Below, piece after piece: positions 49,633-61,064 of a stretch of DNA of 64,000 nt (positions are counted from its first letter, which is position 1; every line of letters starts with the position of its first letter). Source of the stretch: Okamejei kenojei (Eukaryota); assembly GCA_035221665.1 (NCBI GenBank), contig CM069132.1, positions 67,828,001-67,892,000 of the forward strand, in the 5' to 3' direction. Made by a program: the position numbers and the translations under genes. A model generated the notes under the pieces. The model searched no databases. It was not told the DNA's origin and saw nothing but the letters and a program-made list of their open reading frames with translations.

Positions 49633-50646
49633 ATGGAAATGGTGAAGTCTCGTCGGGCTGCAGGGAGAACCGCTTCTGAAGACCGTGCCAGTATGGTCAG
49701 CGGGTGGCAGTCCGTTTCACCGTCGAGATCGCTGACTCTACAGCCAGCGACACCGGGCTCGGAGCCCATGGACAGCACTGTGGTTACCCCGCGGGTCTGG
49801 AAGGCCAAGTGCAAGTCCAACACGCCAGTGGACTCTGATGAGTCTGGCCGGGTGTGTTCGCCTCCCCGAACAGGAAGCGTCTGCGGACGCCTTTCCCGCA
49901 TGGAGCATCTTCAGGGGAGGATGCTCCAACAGTATGTGCCCTCCGGTCAAGACGCATATTTCAGCGAGCCTCGGGGGCTTGCAGCAGCGCCTGGTGCAGG
50001 GCTGCATGATGTGTCCCCGTTGGAAGACGGGAGCATAGACCACCAGTCATGGGCGGAGAACCGCTTGGTGCGAGACCCGCGGGATGCGGAAGTGCCGACT
50101 ATGGTCACGAAATTTGCTATGCCGTCGCTGGTTGGGGAGCCTCTGGAAGAAGAGCTCGCAGCCAGCATAAATTATCTGGCTTCCCATCAGCTGCAGGAGC
50201 AGGTTATGATGGAGACAGCCATGAGGTACCATGCTCCTAGCAATTGTCCAGCCCTGAAGGTACCCATGATCAATAGTTCCATCTGGAGATATATCGGCGG
50301 CGGCGGCATAAAGACCCAAGAGGTCAAATTGCAGAGAATTTTGAACCTGCTGGCGTCAGGGCTGACAGCATTTGCCCGGTCGGTAGACGGCTGCGCATTA
50401 TCGGAGGCTCAAAGGGACGCAATGGCATTGTTGTGCAATGCACAGTTCGAAATTAACTGTTTTCGGAAGAATGCCATTCGTCCTGTTCTCAACCCCAAGT
50501 TTGCAGGGTTGTGTAAGGCCAATAATGTGCAGCCGCTCAATTTGCTGTTTGGAGATGACCTGCCCAGGCAGGTGAAGGATTTGGATGATGAGTCTAAGGC
50601 TGTGGGACTACTGCGGGCTCCACCACCTAACAGACAACCGTTCTGA
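49633..50646 (+). CDS. DIRS ORF1 gag-like protein (open frame)
   Basis: Open frame upstream of the DIRS RT; PSNCPALKVPMINSSIW..LQRILNLL..FEINCFRKNAIRP..LLFGDDL resembles DIRS gag. Confidence 0.7.
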   Translation: MEMVKSRRAAGRTASEDRASMVSGWQSVSPSRSLTLQPATPGSEPMDSTVVTPRVWKAKCKSNTPVDSDESGRVCSPPRTGSVCGRLSRMEHLQGRMLQQYVPSGQDAYFSEPRGLAAAPGAGLHDVSPLEDGSIDHQSWAENRLVRDPRDAEVPTMVTKFAMPSLVGEPLEEELAASINYLASHQLQEQVMMETAMRYHAPSNCPALKVPMINSSIWRYIGGGGIKTQEVKLQRILNLLASGLTAFARSVDGCALSEAQRDAMALLCNAQFEINCFRKNAIRPVLNPKFAGLCKANNVQPLNLLFGDDLPRQVKDLDDESKAVGLLRAPPPNRQPF

Positions 50647-50849
50647 CGTCAGCACCCCTACGCTTCGACCAGCGGAAGACCCACTGAGGAGACCACCTCC
50701 AACTTGAAAAACCAAAAAAACAGCCGGAGGTCTTTTTTAGGACATGGCCCAAGCCAGCCGACAGCCAAGAAGCGCAGCTGGTGCACATCAGCACCTCAAC
50801 TCCCCAAACATCGGGGAAGGAAATAAACGTCCAGAGTCCACCGACTAAT

Positions 50850-51650
50850 ATGGAGGTAGGTGGGTCTGGGTCTCAATGTAACATACTGGGTGCGGGCTTA
50901 TTGCATGTTGGTGGTAGGTTACGTTTCTTTGTGCATGAGTGGCGATGGTTAACTTCTGACTTGTTCTTACTGCACAGTATAGAAGGATTCAAAATTGAGT
51001 TTGCGGGCTCTCTCCCACCTACACAGCATGTTCCAAATCGTACCTTTATTCGTTCAAAGTGGGATGATTTGGAAGTTCAGGCTGAAATTGATGGTATGTG
51101 CTAAAAGAGTGATTGAATAGTCATGAATCTCATGAATTTGTATCTAATATCTTCCCTAGGGGGATGTCACATTATTTTGGGTTTAACCCAACTTAATACT
51201 TTTGTGCAGTACAAACATTTCAAAATGGAAAGTTTAATAACGGCAAAACAGCTAATTTCCAGGGGATGTTACATGGCATGCATTGATCTTAAAGATGCTT
51301 TTTATTCTGTATCTATTCACAAGGATCACAGAAAATTCAAAGTTTAAATGGATGGGGCAGCTATGGCAGTTTAAAGCATTGCCAAATGGGTTAACCTCAG
51401 CTTCCAGGTTGTTCACTAAAATATTAAAACCTGTGCTGGCTCTGTTAAGAGAGCAAAAACACATAGTTATGGTTTATTTGGACGATATCCTCATTATAGG
51501 GAAAACCATGTTGGTGGTTTCAGCCACCAAATTACTGTTGGGGTTCTTAATGCACCCTGAAAAATCCAGGTTGACCATCCAGGGTTATGGATTATTTGGG
51601 ATTTACTATTAATTCCAATCACCTGTTAATCACCATCCTGAGGCCAAGAG
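50850..51650 (+). pseudogene. DIRS reverse transcriptase, frameshifted
   Basis: VGGRLRFF..W, HFKMESL, IDLKDAFYSV, QFKALPNGLTSASRLFTKILKP, YLDDILI. Confidence 0.9.
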
Positions 51651-51651
51651 A

Positions 51652-52290
51652 TTGAAGTTAATAGAAGCCTGCAATCATCTGAGCACTCAGCAGCTGCCTT
51701 CAATTCGACAAGTAGCTAGCTTAATTGGGAAATTGGTGGCTACATTTCCAGCAGCCAAATATGGGCCTTTGCACTATCAGCAATTACAAAGAGCAAAGGT
51801 GCAGGCACTCAAACTTGATTTAACCCACTTTGACAGAACCATGCAATTACCGGCCAAAGCCATTAATGAGCTACAATGGTGGATAGCCAATATTGGCCAT
51901 TGTTCTGGCAATATTTCAATTGAATGCCCTGCAGTTATTTTACAGACTGATGCAAGTTCTCTGGGGTGTGGCGCCACTGACACCGTTACTAGCTGCGGTG
52001 GCAGGTGGAATATGCATGAGATATATTTTCTGCAGCTGCATGGTGTTAACTATCTGGAGTTGCTTGCAGTCCTGTATGGCTTGAAAGCTTATTATGCACA
52101 TTCAAATACAGATAGATAATACCACAGCAGTGGCATATATGAGTCACATGCGTGGTATCAAGTCAGTATCCTGTGATAATTTGGCATGTCACATTTGGAA
52201 ATGGTGTATTGCTCGACATATTTGGGTTCCAGGTAGATTCAACACGGTGGCGGACACCAGATCACGCAATTCAATGACAACACAGAATGG
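51652..52290 (+). pseudogene. DIRS RNase H, frameshifted
   Basis: LQTDASSLGCGA, NYLELLAV, IDNTTAVAY, VPGRFNTVADTRSR. Confidence 0.9.
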
Positions 52291-52620
52291 GTGTTGAATT
52301 ATAGAGTGTTTAAGGATATTATTTCTAGGTATGGAACACCGGATATGGATTTGTTCGCTTCAAGGCTAAACCATCAATTACCCAAGTATGTTGCATGGGA
52401 ACCAGGCCCAGGGGCAGTAGCGATAGATGCTTTTTCGCTACATTGGGGTGCAATATATTTCTATGCATTTCCCCCATTTTGCCTCATCAGTCGCTGTCTG
52501 CAGAAAATTCAGCAGGACTCTGCCTCCGGCATCCTGGTAGTCCCTGACTGGCCGACTCAGCCCTGGCATCCTCTGGTTCTGAGCAGGGTTGTAGAACCTG
52601 TGTGGAAGGTTCCTAAAGGC
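52291..52620 (+). pseudogene. DIRS DNA N6-adenine methyltransferase-like domain
   Basis: DMDLFASRLNHQL..DAFSLHW..YAFPPF..LVVPDWPTQPW, the signature of DIRS1 MT. Confidence 0.85.
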
Positions 52621-52665
52621 AAGATCAAACCAAACTGGTAAGTTCTCATATAATCTTACTATTAA

Positions 52666-53133
52666 TGCCCCTGTCCCACTTAGGAAACCTGAACGGAAAC
52701 CTCTGGAGACTTTGCGCCCCATCCAAGGTTTTCATGCGGTTCCCGAAGGTTTTTGTCAGTCTCCCTAATGGTCGAAACTGGTTTCTGCTTCTTCTATGTT
52801 CCGGCAATTATTTCAAAAAATTCAAAACCGGCCGCAACTAAAAGTAGGTTGCCATTTTAAAAATCGGTAATTTTTTACTTGAAGCTGGTTGCGATGCTAG
52901 TTAAAGGTGGGTGCGGAGGTTGCAGGTAGTGGAAGGTAAGACCTTTTTTTCACCAAGTTTTATTCCACCAGAGAAGTCTTACCTTCCACCACCTTCAACT
53001 AGCATCGCAACCGGCTTCGACTATTTTACGCAACCTATTTTATCACAGCCTATTTTTAGTCACGGCCGGTTTTGAATTTTTTAAAATAATTGCCGGAACA
53101 TAGAAGAAGCGGAAACCACTTTCGACGGGGGCA
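52666..53133. mobile_element. Harbinger-type MITE with long internal palindrome
   Basis: TGCCCCTGTCCCACTT.. / ..GACGGGGGCA, flanks TAA/TTA; 52771-52941 is inverted at 52976-53126. Confidence 0.8.
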
Positions 53134-53492
53134 TTAGGGTTTGAACATGCTAGAGGCAGGAAACATGTTCCTGATGTTGGGGGAGTCCAGAACCAGGGGC
53201 CACAGTTTAAGAATAAGGGGTAAGCCATTTAGAACGGAGACGAGGAAACACTTTTTCTCACAGAGAGTTGTGAGCCTGTGGAATTCTCTGCCTCAGAGGG
53301 CGGTGGAGGCCAGTTCTCTGGATACTTTCAAGAGAGAGCCAGATGGGGATCTTAAAGATAGCGGAGACTGGGGATATGGGGAGAAGGCAGGAATGGGGTA
53401 CTGATAGGAATGATCAGCCATGAACACATTGAATGGTGGTGCTGGCTCGAAGGGCTGAATGGCCCACTCCTGCACCTATTGTCTATTGTCTA
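53134..53492 (+). mobile_element. CR1 3' end, right part of the split copy
   Basis: GESRTRGHSLRIRGKPFRTETRKHFFSQRVVSLWNSLP; (CTATTGT)n tail. Confidence 0.92.
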
Positions 53493-53921
53493 CTTGATTG
53501 ACAAACATAAAAATGGGAAGTACTTGTCAAATTAAGAAGTGTTGAAGAGAATTAATGTTTCAAGTTAATCCCATTTCAAGTACAAAAAGTTAGGAGTCAG
53601 TCATGCTTTGTGTTAGAGAGAATACTGAAGGGGAAACGGGGAATGTATGTGATAGGATGGAGATTGAGAAAATAAATGATTTAAGTAGTGGTGGTGCCAG
53701 CAATTAGATAGAGATAAATAATGTGTTAATTGGCAGATGTGTCTGGAGTAGACGTAACTAAAAGATGAATGAACTCAGTGGAGAGAGCATAATAAATCAT
53801 TGTGAGCAACAACTCCCTATTATGGAAATGATGATGAAGATAATTAATGATAAAAACTTAACTGACCCCTGGAATACATTTCACATTCCCTGATGTCTCC
53901 CAAGCCCATGTGCCATCACAG

Positions 53922-54850
53922 AGAAACATAGACAATAGGTGCAGGAGTGGGCCATTTGGCCTTTCGAGTCAGCACCGCCATTCAATGTGATCATGGCTGA
54001 TCATCCAAAATCAGTACCCCGTTCCTGCTTTCTCCCCATATCCTTTGATTCCATTAGCCCTAAGACAAATCTAACTAGAAAACATCCAGTGAATTGGCCT
54101 CCACAACCTTCTGTGGCATAGAATTCCACAGATTCACAATTCTCTGGGTGAAAAAGATATTCCTCATCTCAGTCCTAAATGACTTACCCTTTATTCGTAT
54201 ACTGTGACCCCTGGTTCTGGTCTCCCCCAACATCGGGAACATTTCTGCTGCATCTAACCTATCCAATCTCTTAAGAATTTTATGTTTCTATAAGATCCCC
54301 TCTCATCCTAAATGCCAAGGAATATACGCCCAGTCGATCCATTCTTTCATCATGTTAGACCCGGCATCCTGGGAATTAACCTGGTGACCTACGCTGCACT
54401 CCCTTAATAGCAAGAATGTCCTTCCTCAAATTAGGAGAGCAAAACAGCACACAATACGCCAGATGTGCTTTTACAGGGCCCTGTACAACTGTAATAAGAC
54501 CTCCTTGCTCCTATACTCAAATCCTCTCGCTATGAATGCCAACATGCCATTTGCATTCTTCACTGACTGCTGTACCTATATGCTTACTTTCAGTGACTGA
54601 TGTCCAAGTACACCCAGGTCTCGTTGCACCTCCCTTTTCCTAATCTGACACCATTCAGATAATAATCTGAGTTCTTGTTCTTTCCACCAAAGTGGATAAT
54701 CTCACATGTATCCACATTATACTGCATCGGCCATGCATTTGCCCACTCACCCAACCTGTCCAAGAAACCCTGCAGCCTCATAGCATTTTCCTTGCAGCTC
54801 AAACTGCCACCCAGCTTTGTGACATCCGCAAACTTGGAGATGTTACTTGT
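53922..54850 (-). mobile_element. CR1 LINE 3' portion
   Basis: SKFADVTKLGG..WPMQYNVDTCEIIHFG..GETRTRGHSIRIKG; tail at 53925. Confidence 0.92.
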
Positions 54851-55092
54851 GATGGGTGGCAGTGGCAAAGCAACCACGTACAAGAAACTGTTGAGAAACT
54901 TTTGTCTTGGAGCTATGCTCCCTCCACTTATTTCACAACTAAGTGTCTCTGACAGATACATTCCATGATTTTTAACAATGAATCACACTAACAAAATGTG
55001 AAAATTCCTTAAAATGAGGTGAAAGGAAACATTTGGTAATAAACAATTAAAAAAAAATAAACTTGTACAAGTATGAACACTTATGTTAAGAA

Positions 55093-55168
55093 GATAAACA
55101 CAAATTTGTGGAGTAACTCAGTGGGTCAGGCAACTCTCTGTCTGAAGAAAACGGTCTGGACCCAAAAC
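55093..55168. repeat. Penelope-associated palindromic repeat fragment
   Basis: GATAAACACAAA..GGAGTAACTCAGTGGGTCAGGCA..CTGAAGAAAACGGTCTGGACCCAAAAC. Confidence 0.6.
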
Positions 55169-58100
55169 ATATTAGGCAGAGCAACTACTAACAAGTAGTA
55201 CAATTGGCTAGTAGGAAATAACCAATCTACATCTTTCCTTGTAGAAACAATCGAAAGCATCGATATGTGGGAACATGGTGGCTAAGCAATATAGGAAGCC
55301 GAACATTAATAACACATTTGGGGAAGTTTATATAATTACACAAAATCACCGTATCTAATGGGTGGCCTGTTAACCCATCCGGCATGTGTGCGGTACAAAT
55401 CCGCTTCACCTCCTTTCACCGGAGAAGATACCGGGGAGGGAACCGTGGATGTGACTGGGGACCCATCGGGGCGGGGAAGTGATGAGATAGGCGAGCTAGG
55501 CGCCGAACGGGAGGCCGCGGTGGAAACGGTCTCTGATAGTGGAGCAGCAGGACCGGTAGTGGGAGGGTATACTAAATGCGAGACATCTGGATATGGAATC
55601 GCAGGACGCGGTTACTTCACTGGAAGGATATGCTGACCGTTGCGTCTGTAAATGGTTCCATCCGCTTCAACCAGATAAGGGCACGGTTCTTTGGCAGGGC
55701 TATAGATGTGACCCAGACGGCCATAATCCTTGTTGGTCTGGAGGCGAACCACCTGTCCACTGGTGTGAGGTTTAAGTGGCTTACTGGGTTTGTAGAAAAA
55801 ACGTTTTTAGTGTATCGCGAATGAATTGTAGTTATTTCTGGACAGCAGACGGAGAACAAACTTGTGCCTGCAAAAGCTGCTGGGACACAGGCAGGGGAGC
55901 AATGGGTTTGGCACAACATCAGTTGCTGGGCTCGGAAACCCAGTATGGGATCCCTTGCAATGTTCCTTAAGTTGAGCAGGTCTAGGTAGACGTCCGATTT
56001 TTCAAGGTATGAATGCTCCATAAGTTGTTTTGTGCTTCGGACTGCTCATTCAACGAGTCCGTTGGACTGCAGAAACTCAGGGCTGCTGGTAATATGTCGA
56101 AAATCCCATCGTTTTGCAAAGTTTTTGAAAGTCTGGCTGGTGAACTCACTGCCGTTGTCGGACAGAAGACGTGCAGGGGAGCCACGCACAGAGAATTCGC
56201 GCTGCAACTTCTCGATAACTGCTTCAGATGTAATGATTTGGAGTAGATCAATGTCAAACCAGCCCGAATAAGAGTCGACAAGAATCAGATAGTGTTACCC
56301 ATGCCATTCGAATATGTCGGTGGCTAACGTGCACCACGGTAGAGGAGGAACTGGGTGTGGCAGTAAGGGCTGCTTCTGCTGATGTGGCGTCAGGCTTTTG
56401 TAGACGGTGCAGACTTCAGTTTTGTCACGTACGTACTTGGTCATACCAGGCCAGTAAAACATGCTTTGTGCCCGTTGTAAGGTTGCCTCCACGCTGGGGT
56501 GACCCCTATGGATGGCATCAAAGCACTTGTCCCAGAGGACAGCTGGGACAACTGGCTTGAGGCCCCTGACTATAATCCCATCCTGTATCACCAGTTTGTC
56601 GGGAACCAGGAAGTATGGGCGGATTGCGAGCGGGGTGTTGTGTTGTTTATCCAGCCAGCCACGCCGGATGACTGCGGACAGCAATTGTAAAGTCTCGTCA
56701 GCAGCCATGTGCTCTGCCTGGCTGCTTAAGCAATCAGTAGGAACATACAATACCTTCATTACTGAGAACTGGTCCTGTTCAAAGAGTTGCTGTTCATTGG
56801 TTTTGTGTGGGGCTATTGATAGCGTGTCAGCTATGTGCATGTCCTTGCCTTTTTTATAGACAATGTCGAAATCAAACCGCTGCAGCTGCATGATGATGGG
56901 CTGGAGCAGCATGAATATGGTTTATGCAAAATAGTGACCAACGGCTGGTGGTCTTTTTCTAAGTAAGTAAAGTAAGTATGTTTATTGGCCAAGTATTCAC
57001 ATACAAGGAATTTTCCTTGGTGCTCCGCCCACAAGTAACAACATGACATACAGTGACAGTTACGAATGACTCAGAAAACATTAAACATTAATAATAATAA
57101 AATATTAATGATAAAACTGCATTGATCAAGCATGTGAGCCAAACCAGATCAAAGGGATCTACAGATTTGTGGCTGTTGAGTAGAGCAACTACTCTTGGAT
57201 AAAAACAGTTTTTATGTCTGGCTGTAGCAGCTTTGATAATCCAAAGTCGCCTTCCAGAGGGAAGTGATTCAAAGAGTTTGTGGCCAGGGTGAGAGTGGTC
57301 AGAGATAATCTTGCCCGCTCGCTTCATGGCCCTTGCAGTGTACAGTTCATCAATGGAGGGAAGGTTGCAGCCAATAACCTTCTCTGCTGATCGGATGTTT
57401 CGCTGCAGCCTCCAGGTGTAGTGCTTGGTGGCTGAGCCAAACCAGACCATGATGGAAAAGGTGAGAACAGACTCAACGATGGCCGTGTAGAATTGGACCA
57501 TCATTGCCTGTGGCAGATTGTGCTTCCTCAGCTGCCGTAGGAAGTGAATCCTATGTTGTGCCTTTTTGACTGTGGATTCGATGGTAGCCCCCCACTTAAG
57601 GTCCTTGGAGATGATGGTTCCCAGGAACTTAAAAGACTCCACAGATGTGACTGGTGTTGTTGATGGTGAGTGGGGTGAGGGGAGGGAGAGCTCTCCTAAA
57701 GTCTACTATCAATTCCACTGTCTTAAGAGCATTGAGCTCTAGGTTGTTGCTACGGCACCAGGACGCCAGCTGTGACACTTCCTGTCTGTAGGCAGATTCC
57801 TCCCCATCCTGGATCAGTCCAATCAGGGTTGTGTCATCCGCAAACTTGAGAAGCTTGACAGAGGTGTCTGTGGAGGTGCAGTCATTGGTGTAGAGAGAGT
57901 AGAGGAGAGGAGAGAGTACGTAGCCTTGCGGTGCTCCTATGCTGAGCTTTTGCGGGTCCGCGATGTGCTTTCCCAGCCTCACATGCTGCTTCTTGTCTGT
58001 CAGGAAGTTGGTGATCCACTGACAGAGGGGTTCAGGCACAGTCAACTCGGAAAGTTTGAAGTGTAGTAGCTCTGTCACAATGGTGTTGAATGCAGAGCTA

Positions 58101-60541
58101 AAATCAACAAACAGGATCCTCGCATAGGTCCCCTGGTGGTCTACATGCTGTAGGATGAAGTGCAGGCCCAGGTTGATTGCATCATCCACAGTTCTATTGG
58201 CACGATATGCAAACTGCAGAGCGTCCAGCAGGGAGTTTGTGATATTTTTCAGCTTGGGAGCACAAGCCTTTCAAGTGTCTTCATGACTACAGAGGTCAGT
58301 GCGACAGGCCTGTTGTTATTAAGACAAGTAATCCTTGCCTTTTGGCGTACAGGGACAATAGTGGAAACTTTGAAGCAGGCAGGGACAGTACATGTTTGCA
58401 GGGACTGGTTAAAAATGTCTGTATAGACCGGTGCCAGCTGGTTCTGCATGTCTATAGTTACAGACTTCCCAAAAATAAAGTCCTTGAATTATGTGCTGGC
58501 GAAAACCACTGCGAGCAATTCTTTTTCGATCTGGGCGTAACATTGTTAAGTGTTAGTTAGTGTGCGAGAGGCGTAAGAAACAGGCTTGCAGTCACCCTTG
58601 GTAGTGGTCTGCATGCAAGCAGTGGCAGGTCGGTACTGGGATGCATCACAGGTGAGTGTTACGGGTAACTCCAGAGCAAAGTAGGCGAGAGTAGGTGCGC
58701 TAGCCAGCTGCAACCTGAGTGTCGAAAGCTCTTTGGTGCTGCGGATACCAGGATCATGCAGCGTCTTTGTGTGTCAGTTCCCGCAGGGGGGGCAGATATG
58801 TCGCTGAGGTTGGGAATACATTTCCTCAGTTAGTTGACCATTCCAAGGAACCTTTGCAGACTCACAATGTCAGTAGGACCCGGCATCTCGTTGATAACTG
58901 CAGTTTTTGACTGGTCTGGCCTGAGACCATCACTTGTGAAAACATGTCCGACGTAGGTAACTTCCAGGACTCAAAACTTGCGCTTCAGGGGATTGAGTTT
59001 GTGCAGAATGTCTTTGGCACGGCCTAGCAGTTTCTTCAGATTAGCATCATGTTCAGCCAAGTCACTTTCATAGATGAGAATGTCGTCAACAATGATGGCG
59101 CATGGATACTCAGCAAACAATTGTTCCATCATGGGCTGGAAAACTTTGCTGGCAGAGTTGATGCCAAAGGGCATTCTCAGGAATTTGTAGTGGCCGAAGG
59201 GGGTGCCGAACGTACGAAGATTGGACGAGTCTGTGTCCAGTGGAATCTGCCAAAATGAGCTTTTGGCATCCAGTACGGAGAACACTGATGCGTTGCCTAT
59301 TTGAGCAACAACTTCCTCTACTGTTCGCATAGGGTAGTGCGAGCGTTTGATAGCAGTGTTAAGATCTCTGGGGTTTATGCAGATATGGATCTCCCTCCTT
59401 GTTTTATTTTGTTGGGACCACCATGGTGAACACCCAGTCAGATGGGTCAGTAACATCAGCAATAACACCCATGGAGACCATCCGCTTACGTTCATTGTGT
59501 ACCCTGTCACGCATGGCATGCGGAACACTATGTGGTGCTCGAACCATAGGAGTGACATTGGGATTAATGACAATGTGGTACTCGAGGGGCAACTTGCCAA
59601 GCTCGTTGTTAAACAGTGCTCTGTATTGAGAGAGTACTTGCGGAGTGGGGCCTTCAGCGAGAAAGAGTTGATGGACAGTTCGGCCACAGACTTACTGTGA
59701 GAAGATGTTATCTCAGCAATCCGACAGGCCTGCTCAGCTTGATTAAGGGCCAGGTCAGTGTTACGGAGCAGTTCATCCCTTAACTTGTTATCAAGCATAC
59801 CTCCAACAATCTTGTCACGGATGAGTTCATCGCACAGATCACAAAATTGGCAGCGTGCAGCCATGTGTTTTAAGCCGCTGATAAAACGTTCTATCGGTTA
59901 ATCAATCTGTTGCATACGAGCATAAAACTTGGTACGTTTGATAACGTAGTTTGAGGGGAGGTCACACAACTGTCTGAACTTTGCCAGTAGGTCAGCAGGG
60001 TCATCAATCGTCTCTGCAGGCACTAGGACCCATATGCATATAAAACAGCAGGCTCAAATGTGAATTTGTCGGCACGTTTCATGCCTCTGGGCCAGCTAGG
60101 TTGAGTAATACAGAAGCACGCACATCAGGAGGATCGTTGTGATGAACGATGCGAGCATAGTGAGTGTAGTGACACTCGAAAATACACCAGCGTTCAACAA
60201 TGTCAGTGTCAAAGATCAGAGGACTAGGATGGCGAGACGAGTTTGCCATGATAGAGATAACAAGCACATAAACACATTTAAAAATACAACACCCGATAAA
60301 CGTGAACGGAGTAGGTAAGACTCACTCTATGACACCATGTAATGAGTCAAGTCAAACACATATCAAGATACAACACATGTTTATTAAATCTACTTACAGC
60401 ATTGGTCTGCAGGTATTACATCTCCTAGCAGCTACTCGTACCGAATGGCGTAGGCAAGCTCTTGGTAATATGAATCGTATATTAGGCAGAGCAACTACTA
60501 AAAAGCACTACAATTGGCTAGTAGGAAATAACCAATCTACA
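55169..60541 (-). mobile_element. Gypsy LTR retrotransposon (5' LTR 60338-60541, partial 3' LTR 55169-55231), split by Rex1
   Basis: LTR direct repeat ATATTAGGCAGAGCAACTACTAA..AACCAATCTACA; PBS TGGTGTCATAGAGT; PPT AAGGAAAGA; gag, RT (FLRMPFGINSAS, IVDDILIY), RNase H, integrase (IHRGH..FYWPGM, ATDIFEWHG, SDNG); knuckle and protease deleted. Confidence 0.92.
56961..58450 (-). mobile_element. Rex1/Babar LINE, 5'-truncated, inserted in Gypsy RNase H
   Basis: [43 protein letters not shown]; (TACT)n tail; splits the VTI-ETDHQPL motif. Confidence 0.92.
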
Positions 60542-60730
60542 ATATCTGACTTAATTCTACATATATGCATTTCTACATCTAACGGGTGAGGGCTGGCTGA
60601 TGGTTGTGCCAGTGCACTGCTCAATAACCTAACACACTTTTGGAAGAGACTCCACCTCTGCTAATTTATCAGCCCAACAGAAAAGAGACAGTGATCATGT
60701 TAAATAAAAGTTATATCTGTAAGTAAATCC

Positions 60731-61064
60731 TCCCCGCCCCGTGCCACCCCCTCCACGCCACCCCCTCCATGCCACCCCCTCCCCCCAGGCCACCCCTCCC
60801 CCATGCTACCCCCCCCTCCCTCCATGCCACCCCCTCCCCCCAGGCCACCCCCTCTCCATGCCACCCCCTCCCCCCATGCCACCCCCTCCCCCCAGGCCAC
60901 CCCCTCTCCATGCCACCCCCTCCCCCCAGGCCACCCCCTCTCCATGCCACCCCCTCCCCCCATGCAACCCCCTCCCCCCAGGCCACCCCTCCCCCATGCT
61001 ACCCCCCTCCCCCCTATGCCACCCCCTCCAGTCCTTTGCCACCCCCTCCCCCACACGCCACCCT
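60731..61064. repeat. C-rich minisatellite, ~17-18 bp unit
   Basis: Repeats of GCCACCCCCTC(C/T)CC(CC)A(T/G); G-runs on the minus strand. Confidence 0.92.

Larger units (their letters stand above)
47170..52663 (+). mobile_element. DIRS1-like retrotransposon, recombinase deleted, interrupted by a Gypsy element
   Basis: gag, RT, RNase H and methyltransferase-like domains in DIRS order; short non-CR1 termini (TTACTTCGGAGTCACGTGAGT; AAACTGGTAAGTTCTCATATAATCTTACT) bounded by ATT on both sides within a split CR1. Confidence 0.85.

Noticed and set aside
52291-52641. Bacterial or phage methyltransferase acquired by horizontal transfer or contamination
   Set aside because: It lies directly after DIRS RT-RNase H, the normal position of the DIRS MT domain
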